Below, piece by piece: positions 17,125-25,800 of a stretch of DNA of 33,765 nucleotides (positions are counted from its first letter, which is position 1; each line of letters opens with the position of its first letter). The DNA comes from an uncultured bacterium. Lineage in GTDB: Bacteria > CAYJRR01. A program made the translations under genes and the position numbers. Under the pieces are notes generated by a model. The model made no database searches and was not told the DNA's origin. It was given only the letters and a program-made list of their open reading frames with translations. The stretch covers positions 1 through 33,765 of the forward strand of contig CAYJRR010000043.1 in NCBI GenBank assembly GCA_964372275.1, in the 5' to 3' direction.

Positions 17125-18877
17125 GGAATCCTTGGAGCGCACGGTCCGAAACTTCAAGCTCGTCGAGCAGATCGGCACTGGCGGGATGGGCGTGATTTAT
17201 CGCGCCATCCAGACCACGCTCGACCGACCCGTCGCCTTCAAGGAGCTCCACCCGCACCTGGCGAAGGACGCCGAGTTCATCCGCCGCTTCGAGCGCGAGG
17301 CCAAGACCGCCGCCACGCTCCAGCACGAGAACATCGTCCACGTCATCGACTTCGGGAAGGAGGGGGAGAGCTATTTCATCGCGATGGAGTTCGTGGACGG
17401 CGGCGACCTGAAGCAGATGTTGGCGCACGAGCCGAAGCTCCTGCTTCCGGTCGCGGTCACCTTCGCCCTCGACATCCTGAAGGGGCTCGAACACGCGCAC
17501 GCGCGGGGGATCGTCCATCGCGATCTGAAGCCGGCGAACCTGATGGTGACCCGCGAAGGATGCGCGAAGATCGCCGACTTCTCCGTCGCGCAGGCGCAGA
17601 CGATGTCCTCGGTGACGATGACCGGCGCGATGATGGGGACGCCCGCCTACATGAGCCCGGAGCAGATCGGCGGCCGTCCGCTCGACGCCCGGACCGACCT
17701 GTTTTCGATGGGGGTGATCCTGTTCGACGTTCTCGCCGGACGCCGGCCGTTCGAAGGGGACACCTATCCGGCGGTGATCACCAACCTCCTGACGGTGGTG
17801 CCTCCGCCCCTGCACCAGATCGACCCGCTCGTTCCGGAGTCGATCGCACGGGTCGTCCGGAAGGCGCTGGAGAAGGACGCCGATCGCCGCTACCAGACGG
17901 CGTCCGACTTCGCGAGGGAACTAGAGAATGCGGCCCGCGAGGAGAAGATCGAGATCTCGCGCGCGCTCGTCGCCGAGTTCCTGAAGGACCCCAAGGGGTA
18001 TCCGGCGACGGTTCGCCGCCGGCAGGCCAAGGAGGCGTTCCAGCAGGGTCTGTTCCTGATGAACCAGGGCCTCACCCGGATCGACGACGCGATCCGCGCC
18101 CTGGAGAAGGTGGTCCACCTCGAACCGACGAACGCCGAGGCCCGGAAGCACCTCGAGCTGCTCCGGCAGCGCAAGGGGTCCGGTCCCAAGAAGAAACCCG
18201 AAGGAAGGACGCCGGCCCCTCCGCCGGCCGTTCCCTCGCCTCCGGCGCCGGCCACGCAGTCGCCAGCGGGCACGCAGTGGCGGTGGATCGCCGGCGCTGC
18301 CGCCGGGGCCGGAATGGTCCTCGCCGGGATCTTCGGTCTGGACCTCGTCCAAGGTTCACGCACCACTGCGGCGACGGTCGCCAACGCGACCCGCGTCGCC
18401 GTCGCACCACCGGCCGCCGCGACTCCGGTCGTCGCGCCGCCGGCCGACACGACGCCCGAGACGGCCGCGTCGGCCTTCCCGCTCGCCACGGCCCCACTCC
18501 CGGCCGCCTCGCCGGCGGATCCGCCGCCGATTGCGTCCCCAACCGCCGCCGCCGCACGCGAAACGCCGACGAAGCCGGCCGTGCGCGCCCGCCCCACGCC
18601 CACCGTGAAGGTAGCCCTGGCTCCGCCGCGGACGGAAACCCCCGCCGAACCGATCGCCGACGCCTTCCTCAAGATCGTCGTCGTGCCCAACGTGGCCGCG
18701 GATCTCTACGTCGACGAAGAGTACGTCGCCAAGGCGCCTCTCAAGTCCTCCCTTCGAATCACGACGGGGAAACACCTTCTGACCGTTTCGAGCCCGGGAT
18801 TCGCGGAGTACAGCGCCGAAATCCAGGTCAAGCCGGGGGCGAATCCGGAACACCGAGTCACCTTGACGCCGCGCTAG
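17123..18877 (+). CDS. Membrane Ser/Thr protein kinase with TPR, Pro/Ala/Thr-rich linkers, TM helix and C-terminal PEGA-like domain
   Basis: IGTGGMG, VAFKEL, RRFEREA, HRDLKPAN, DFS (variant DFG), GTPAYMSPEQ, DLFSMGV; TM WIAGAAAGAGMVLAGIFGL; PEGA-like C-terminus (A.LYVD...AP....ITTGKHLLTVSSPGF). Start uncertain (17105, 17123 or 17132). Confidence 0.93.
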   Translation: MESLERTVRNFKLVEQIGTGGMGVIYRAIQTTLDRPVAFKELHPHLAKDAEFIRRFEREAKTAATLQHENIVHVIDFGKEGESYFIAMEFVDGGDLKQMLAHEPKLLLPVAVTFALDILKGLEHAHARGIVHRDLKPANLMVTREGCAKIADFSVAQAQTMSSVTMTGAMMGTPAYMSPEQIGGRPLDARTDLFSMGVILFDVLAGRRPFEGDTYPAVITNLLTVVPPPLHQIDPLVPESIARVVRKALEKDADRRYQTASDFARELENAAREEKIEISRALVAEFLKDPKGYPATVRRRQAKEAFQQGLFLMNQGLTRIDDAIRALEKVVHLEPTNAEARKHLELLRQRKGSGPKKKPEGRTPAPPPAVPSPPAPATQSPAGTQWRWIAGAAAGAGMVLAGIFGLDLVQGSRTTAATVANATRVAVAPPAAATPVVAPPADTTPETAASAFPLATAPLPAASPADPPPIASPTAAAARETPTKPAVRARPTPTVKVALAPPRTETPAEPIADAFLKIVVVPNVAADLYVDEEYVAKAPLKSSLRITTGKHLLTVSSPGFAEYSAEIQVKPGANPEHRVTLTPR

Positions 18878-18883
18878 CGCTCG

Positions 18884-20536
18884 ATGCCCTACCTGGTCTA
18901 CGCCGACGGAAACGGCAAGGCGTCGGTCCACGAGATCGCGAAGGACCGGACCACCATCGGCCGGAATGCCGAGAACGACCTCTCGATCCCGTTCGACAAC
19001 CTCGTCTCCCGCGCCCACTGCACCGTCGAACGGCGAGGCGCCGCGTTCGTCGTCGTCGATCCCGGTAGCCGGTTCGGCACCTACCTGGACGGCGAGCGCG
19101 TCACCGGAGAGCGCCCACTCCCGCTCGGCGCCACCTTGCGCGTCGGGAACACCGCGGTGCGACTCGTCGAGACGATCGAGCGGGAGCCGACGACCGAGAG
19201 CGCCCCCGCCGCCGAGGTCAGCGCCCTCGAGCGGTTGCTCTCCGAGTCGATGCAGCTGGCGACCGAGCTCTCGCGCCACCTCGACGGCGAGGAAGGGATC
19301 CACGCCCAGATCGCCGGCGAGCTGGTGAAGCACATCTCCCAGACGGTCGACGCCTACCGCGAGGTCGAGGTCACGCAGCGGCTCTCCACCACCCTGACGG
19401 AGGTGGGAAAGCTGATCAACCTGGTGACCGACCTCGACACCGTGCTTCGGCTGACGCTGGAGATGGGGGCGCGGGCGCTGGACGCCGAGCGCGGAATGCT
19501 CCTGCTGAAGGAGGACGGGAAGCTCGCCGTGCGCAGCGCCCACCGCATGGGGGAGGAGCGTGGGATCAGTGCCAGCATCGCCGAGAAGGTGGTGGAGGAC
19601 GGTGCCGCGGTGCTGACCACCGATGCGCGGATCGACGCGCGATTCCGCGAGTCCGACTCGGTGATGATCAACGACATCCGGGCGGTGATGTGCGTCCCGA
19701 TGCGGGACAAGTCCCAGAAGGTGATCGGCGCCATCTACGTCGACGGTCGTGTCGGAACGCCGGGGTTCTCCGCCCGCGGGCTCGAATTCCTGAATTCGTT
19801 CGCCAACCAGGCCGCGATCTCGATCGAAAGCGCGCGGCTGGCGGCCAAGAGCGCGCGCGAGGAGGCGCAACGCGAGCGGTTGAGCCGCTACTTCTCGCCC
19901 TCGGTCGTCGCCGACATCGTGGCCGGCAAGGAGGCCGAGCGGCTGGGTGGAAGCAGCCGGGCGATCACCTGCCTCTTCACCGATCTGCGAGGATTCACCA
20001 CCTTCTCCGAGCAGCTCCGCCCGGCCGAAGCGGTGGAGATGCTGAACGACTACTTCTCCGAGATCGTCGAGGACATCCTCGCGGAGGAGGGGACGCTCGA
20101 CAAGTTCACCGGCGACGGGATCATGGCCTTCTGGAACGCGCCCAAGGACCAGCCGGACCATGCGCTGCGCGCGATCCGCGCCGCGACGAAGATGCAGGCG
20201 CGCATGGCCCGGATGCTCACGCGATGGGCCAAGGAGGGGCGCAGCTTCCTCAAGGCGGCGAGTCGGCTCTCCACCGGGATCGGGATCCACAGCGGAGAGG
20301 CGATCATCGGCAACATCGGCTCTCCGAAGCGGATGGAGTACACCTCGATCGGCGATTCGGTGAACCTCACCGCCCGGGTCTGCGGCGTGGCCGAAGGGGG
20401 CGAGGTGCTGATCACCGACGACACCCTGCGCAACGTGAGGGGCCGCATCCAGTTCGTCGAGCTCCCCGCCGTCCACCTCAAGGGGAAGTCGGCGACGGTG
20501 CCGATCTACCGCGTGGTGTCCGTCCTCGATGGGTGA
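18884..20536 (+). CDS. FHA-GAF-class III adenylate cyclase
   Basis: FHA: IGRNAENDL, VSRAHC, GSRFGTYLDG. GAF: AVMCVPM, IGAIYVD, FANQAAISIE. Cyclase: LFTDLRGFT, DKFTGDGIMA (Lys), GIGIHSG, YTSIGDSVNLTAR (Thr); the Lys/Thr pair indicates ATP specificity. Confidence 0.95.
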   Translation: MPYLVYADGNGKASVHEIAKDRTTIGRNAENDLSIPFDNLVSRAHCTVERRGAAFVVVDPGSRFGTYLDGERVTGERPLPLGATLRVGNTAVRLVETIEREPTTESAPAAEVSALERLLSESMQLATELSRHLDGEEGIHAQIAGELVKHISQTVDAYREVEVTQRLSTTLTEVGKLINLVTDLDTVLRLTLEMGARALDAERGMLLLKEDGKLAVRSAHRMGEERGISASIAEKVVEDGAAVLTTDARIDARFRESDSVMINDIRAVMCVPMRDKSQKVIGAIYVDGRVGTPGFSARGLEFLNSFANQAAISIESARLAAKSAREEAQRERLSRYFSPSVVADIVAGKEAERLGGSSRAITCLFTDLRGFTTFSEQLRPAEAVEMLNDYFSEIVEDILAEEGTLDKFTGDGIMAFWNAPKDQPDHALRAIRAATKMQARMARMLTRWAKEGRSFLKAASRLSTGIGIHSGEAIIGNIGSPKRMEYTSIGDSVNLTARVCGVAEGGEVLITDDTLRNVRGRIQFVELPAVHLKGKSATVPIYRVVSVLDG

Positions 20537-20554
20537 GACCGACGGCTCGGCGCG

Positions 20555-21094
20555 CTACGGCGAGGCGGGCGCGGGCGCCGACTCGGTCGGCAGCTCGCGG
20601 CGGAGCAGGATGTCGGCGTGCAGCACCGTTCCGAACCAGACCTGGAGCGACAAGCTTCCCGGATCGATCGCTTCGAAGCGAAGCTCCATCCCTCGCGCGG
20701 AGCCCGGCCCCTCGGAGTAGACCAACCGCGACGCGGTGCTCTTCTCCGGAAGGAGTGCGAGCTCCCCCTCGGTGACCCCTTGCGCCCCCATCGACGTCTG
20801 GAACTTCAGCTGGGTCGTCTTCGCCCCTTGGGAGAAGACGAACCGCTGGTAGGCCCCGGGGGGGAGCGGCTCGTCCGAGAGCATCGAAGGGGTCTCTCCG
20901 ATCGTCCCGCCGTCGGCCGCCGTTTCGAAGAGGATGGCGTAGGGCTGCATCCCGAGTGGGCTCTTGTTGGCCATCCCGACCCAGAACCCTTGCAGCATCG
21001 GGCCGATTTCGGCGACCGGTTTCGCCGTCTCGGGGTGTTTGACGCACCCTCCGGCAAGGAAGGCGAAGATCACCAGCGCGCGACGCACGTTCAT
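20555..21094 (-). CDS. Small lipoprotein of unknown function (beta-strand rich)
   Basis: MNVRRALVIFAFLAGG|C lipobox; ATGA overlap with the OmpA-family gene stop. Confidence 0.75.
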   Translation of the reverse strand: MNVRRALVIFAFLAGGCVKHPETAKPVAEIGPMLQGFWVGMANKSPLGMQPYAILFETAADGGTIGETPSMLSDEPLPPGAYQRFVFSQGAKTTQLKFQTSMGAQGVTEGELALLPEKSTASRLVYSEGPGSARGMELRFEAIDPGSLSLQVWFGTVLHADILLRRELPTESAPAPASP

Positions 21095-22872
21095 TCTTGC
21101 TCCACGATCACGAACTCCACCCGGCGGTTCTTGATCCGCCCTTCGACCGTGGCGTTGTCGGCCACGGGCTTCGACGACCCCAACCCTTCGCTGCTGAGCC
21201 GCGCACGGTCGACCTTCTTGCGGATCAGGTAGTCCATCACCGCCTTGGCCCGCGCCTCCGAAAGGGCGAGGTCGGCCTTCGGATTGCCGGTGTCGTCGGT
21301 GTAGCCCTCCACCCGCACCTGCTTAATCTCCGGATGCTCCTTCAGCACCTGCGCCATCTCGTCCAGGAGCGGATGGGAGTCGATGTGGATCTGCGCCGTC
21401 GACTTCATGAACTGGATCGTCTCCTGGATCTCGAGCTTCCGCTTCGTGATCGTGATCCGGGCACTGGAGGTCGGACGCCCCTGCGCCGACACGAAGACGT
21501 CGACGATTTGCGGAGGGACCTTCGCGGCGTCGAGCGTGAGCTCCGGCTCGATCTCCAACGCCCGTTTGAACGAGGCGATCGCATCCCCGGGGTTCCCGAG
21601 CAGCACGTGGCAGAAGGCGACGTATTTGTGCAGGAGCACGCGCTCCGACTTGAGCAACATCGATTCCGACTCCAGCGCCTTCCGGAACTTCTCCAGCGCG
21701 CCGGGGATGTCGCTCTTGCCGTACGCCGCGAGCCCCGTGCGCGCCAGCATGCGCAGTTGGGCAAGCTGGGCCGCGGGGCCCGACACGCCGCCGGCCGGTG
21801 CGCCGCCGCCGGTCGCGCCGGCCACCGTCGACGCACCGCCCCCTCCCGGCGCCATGCCGCCGGCCGGCGCGCCTGCTGCGGTCGCCGCGGCCGCCCCGTC
21901 ACCCGGTGGGGTTGCCCCACCGGGCCCCGCCGTCCCGCCGTCGGGCGGCGCTCCCGCGATGATCGGCGGACGTGGAGCGTTCGAACGGCGGAGCAGCGGA
22001 CCGAATCGCCAAGCCACCGAGCCGAATGCGCGCCACGCGGGCGTTCCGAATCCGCCACTGACTCCACGGTCGAAGCCCGCCGCGACCGAGAGTCGATCGC
22101 CGAGGAGCGGCATCCGGGCCCCGATACCTGCCTCCCGCGGCGAGGCCCCCGCGCCGGCCGCCCCGAACAGCTCGCCGATGACGGTCAGCCCGCGCCAACC
22201 GGTGTCGTACGAGGCCCCCGCGCGGTAGAGCACGGCGCTGCCGACCTCGATCCCCAACACCTCCACCGGCGCGCGGTTGCGGTACCCCACGTTGGCGATG
22301 AGAGAGGCGGGCCCCACTCGCTCTTCGACGGCGAGCAGCCCGTACGGGGCCGTCGCCCCGCTGCCGAGGTAGCTCTCCCCCTTCCCCGTCGGGAATCCGG
22401 CGCCGGCAATGACGGCCAGCCCCGGAATCCATCCCTTCGGCGCATAGGCGTTCCATTTGACCTCGGCACGGACGTCCCCCATCCCGGAGGTGGAAACCTG
22501 GTCTCCGAAGTCGGCGGCGACCGCATTCGGAACCGACCGCACGCTCATCGGAACGGCGACGCCCGTCTCGAACCGGAACGGAAGACCGACGTAGGCGCCG
22601 AGCTCCACGTTCGTCGCCCGGTCGATGATCGACCCCACCGGAATCCCCCCCGCCTGCAGGAGGAGCGGCGACTTCGCGTGGTCGAACGAGAAGACGACGT
22701 GCGTCGACCCGTTCTCCAACGTCGAGGAGCCGTGCGCGGTGAACAGACCGCTGCCGTCGTGCACCGGCTGTCGAATCTGCGCGTCGTAGCCGTCCTCGGC
22801 GAATCCCGCCGCCGGCAGGGCGGACAGGAGGGCGCCGACGACCGCGGGCAAGCGTCGACGGGTAGTGGTCAT
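21091..22872 (-). CDS. OmpA-family outer-membrane protein, TraB-like: signal peptide, beta-barrel, Gly/Ala/Pro linker, TPR-like unit, OmpA peptidoglycan-binding domain
   Basis: Signal ending AAGFA; amphipathic strands with GMGDVRAEVKW, GFPTG, NVGY, GFGTPAWRAFGSVAW (about 22000-22790); TPR-like LHKYVAFCHVLLGNPGDAIASFKRALEIEP; OmpA motifs IQF, VRVEGYTDDTG, LSEARAKAV, NRRVEF. Confidence 0.9.
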   Translation of the reverse strand: MTTTRRRLPAVVGALLSALPAAGFAEDGYDAQIRQPVHDGSGLFTAHGSSTLENGSTHVVFSFDHAKSPLLLQAGGIPVGSIIDRATNVELGAYVGLPFRFETGVAVPMSVRSVPNAVAADFGDQVSTSGMGDVRAEVKWNAYAPKGWIPGLAVIAGAGFPTGKGESYLGSGATAPYGLLAVEERVGPASLIANVGYRNRAPVEVLGIEVGSAVLYRAGASYDTGWRGLTVIGELFGAAGAGASPREAGIGARMPLLGDRLSVAAGFDRGVSGGFGTPAWRAFGSVAWRFGPLLRRSNAPRPPIIAGAPPDGGTAGPGGATPPGDGAAAATAAGAPAGGMAPGGGGASTVAGATGGGAPAGGVSGPAAQLAQLRMLARTGLAAYGKSDIPGALEKFRKALESESMLLKSERVLLHKYVAFCHVLLGNPGDAIASFKRALEIEPELTLDAAKVPPQIVDVFVSAQGRPTSSARITITKRKLEIQETIQFMKSTAQIHIDSHPLLDEMAQVLKEHPEIKQVRVEGYTDDTGNPKADLALSEARAKAVMDYLIRKKVDRARLSSEGLGSSKPVADNATVEGRIKNRRVEFVIVEQE

Positions 22873-22873
22873 G

Positions 22874-25800
22874 TCAGCCCCCCGCCGACTCCCGTTTCCG
22901 CCGTCTCCACGCCGACATCGCTACCCCTAGCGGCGCGAGCGCCAGCAGCGCCACGGCCCCTGCCGAGCCCCCGCTCGCGCCCGCTCTGCGGCCCGTGTCG
23001 GCCCGCGCCACCGCGCAGCCCGACCCGACGGCTCCGAACGTCCGGAACTCGAACGCCGGCGACGGCTCGCTCGGTTCCCCCTCGTCGTCGACCGCCATCG
23101 CCGTCCAGTAGTAGGATTTTCCGGCCGCGAGCTTCTTGGTCGGCACGGCGCTCGTCTGGCCGTCCTCCCCTTCCGGCACCTCCTCGATCGTCTCGTGGAC
23201 GTCGCTCAAGTCGGCGTCCGAATAGATCGTGAAGGTGTAGGCCAGCTCGTCTCCGTCGGGATCGGTGGTGTTGCGCACCGTGAGGACGACGCTCCCGCGG
23301 TCGACCGCGCTGCCGGACGACGGGTTCTGGGCCACCGGCGAGTTCGGCGGGTCGTTTTCCGTGTTCACGAAGAAGCGACGGGTCGCCCAATCGCCGGCCG
23401 CCGAGCCGTCGTTCGCGCGCGCGCGCCAGAAGTACCAGGTGTTGTCGTCGAGCTGGGGACTGACGAAGCTCGTCTCGTTCGACGTCTGCTCCTCGTTCCC
23501 CCCGACGGCGGCGTTGAACGCGGCCGAAACGTCGATCTCGAAGTCGTAGGTGAGCACGTCCCCGTCGGAGTCGGTGGCATTCGCGACCGACAGCGTCGGG
23601 GTGCGGGTTTCGACCTCCTCCCCGTCGTCGGGCGCGGTGAGGGCGACCGGCGACGGCGGATCGTTCGAGGTGTTGACGAAGAAGCGGCCGACCGAGGTGT
23701 TGCCGCCGTCGACCGTCCCGTCGTTGGCGCGCGCGCGCCAGTAGTAGGGGGTGTTGTCGGAAAGCGCCTCCGCCACCGTCCAGGAGGTCATGCCTCCGCC
23801 CCCTTCCGCCACCGTCAGCGCGCTGGTGACGATGGCGACGCCGAAGGCGGTCGTCGTCGCGACCTCGAACTTGTAGGTGAGCACGTCCAGGTCGAGGTCG
23901 GTCGAATTCCCGACCTGAAGCATCGGGAAGAGCGACGCCACCTCCGAACCGGTCGACGGCGCCGAGAGCGTCGGCGAGGACGGCGCGTCGTTCGCCACGT
24001 TGACGAAGAACGTGCCGACCTCGGTGAACGCACCGAACGCCTCGCCGTCGTGCGCGCGCGCCCGCCAGTAGAAGCGCTTGTTGTCGGGAAGAGCGCCCGT
24101 GGTGTGATCGGTGGCCGTCCCTCCTCCGGTAAGGGCAATCGTTCCCTGCGCCACGCTGCCGACACTGTACACCGCCGAGCCCGACAGCGCGGCGTTGTCG
24201 TAGACCTCGAACGAATAGGTCAGGGTGTTCCCGTTCGGGTCGGTCGCGTTCCGGATCCGCAGGGTCGGCGTGGCGGAGGTGACCTCGGTTCCGCCCACCG
24301 GCGACAGCGCCACCGCCTGGGTCGGGCCGTCGAAGGTGAACGGATCGGTGCCCGCCGCGAACTCCTCGATGTTGCTCATGCCGTCGTTGTCGCTGTCGGC
24401 GCTGGAGTCTGCCGGGTCGCTCTTGTCGGTGCCGTTGGCGTCCTCCCAGAGGTCCGACATGCCGTCGGCGTCGGTGTCGAGGTAGGAGGTCACCGTCCGG
24501 GTGAACGAGGCGCTCCCCCCGTCGTCGTCGGAAACGCGGACGGTGAAGGTGTGACTCGACCGCGTCTGGTCGGCGGTCGGGGTCCAGGCAATCACGCCGT
24601 CCGCGGCGCCGACCGTCATCCCCGTCGGGCCGGTGAGCAGGGTGAAGGTCAGCGTGTCGCTTCCGGGATCGGTCGCGTCCAGATCGCAGTCGTACGCGCC
24701 GCCCGTTCCGTCGGCGACGGCATTGCAGTTGGTCCCGGTCGGCGCGACGAAGCTCGGCGCCACGTTGTTGACCACCACCGTGGTGGTGACGACGGTCGTC
24801 CCGCCGTCCTGGTCGTCGAGCCGGATCGCGACGGTCTTCTCGCCGTTGTCGGCGAACGTGTTGCTGGTCGCGCACGTGCCGCCGGCGACAGCGGTCGGCG
24901 TCGCCCCGAATGTGCCGTCGTTCTCGAAGTCGTAGAAGCACCGCAGGCTGGCGGTGTCGGCGGCGACGTCGGTTACCAGGACACCGGAGATCGAGACCGA
25001 CGTCCCTTCGTTCACCGGTCCGCCGTTGGAGGCGCTTCCGACCGGCGGCACGTTGAGGATCGTCACCGAGTTGGTCGCGTTGTCGGTCCCCCCTTCATCG
25101 TCGGTCACGGTGACGGTGAGGATGTAGGTGTCGTCGGCGTCGTCGTCGGCGTAGGTATGCGTGCAGGAGCGCCCGCAGCCGGTGTCGGGACTCGTCCCAT
25201 CCCCCCAGTCGTAGCTGATGGTGTAGGTGTCCCCCTTCACGGTATTGATCTCGATCGACGCCGTGACGGTCTGTGCCTCGTTCTTGGGCGAGGTATTGAC
25301 CAGGGTGATGATGTCGGGCGGATTGTCGGTGACGATCGCGTCCTTGCCGAGGCTCACGCAACCGCCGGCGATCGACAAGTTGTCGTCGTCGCAGACGGTG
25401 ATGATCATCGAGTAGTCGCCGCCCGGTTGAGTGCTGCTTTCGTCCCCGTAGACGAAGCTCCCGCCCGGCAGCGTCGAGTTGCAGACGTCTCCCGCGGCAG
25501 CCGAGCAGGTGCCATCCCCCATGAAGTCGATCGAATAGGTGAGGGTGTCGAGGTCGGCGACGTCGTCGGCCTCGATGAAGACCGAGACCGCCTGGCCTTC
25601 CGGCACCGGCGAGCTGACCGTCACGTCGGTAATGAATGGAAGAACGTTGCGCACCTCGTGGTCTTCGGTGTCGCTGCCGCTTCCGCCGTCCTTGTCGTCG
25701 ACGCTCATGGTGATCGTGCAGCTCGCGCCTCCGCAGAGGTCGACCGAACCGTCGAGGTCTTCGGTGTCGTCCTCGTAGGCGTGCGGCCCGAAGGTCTGGC

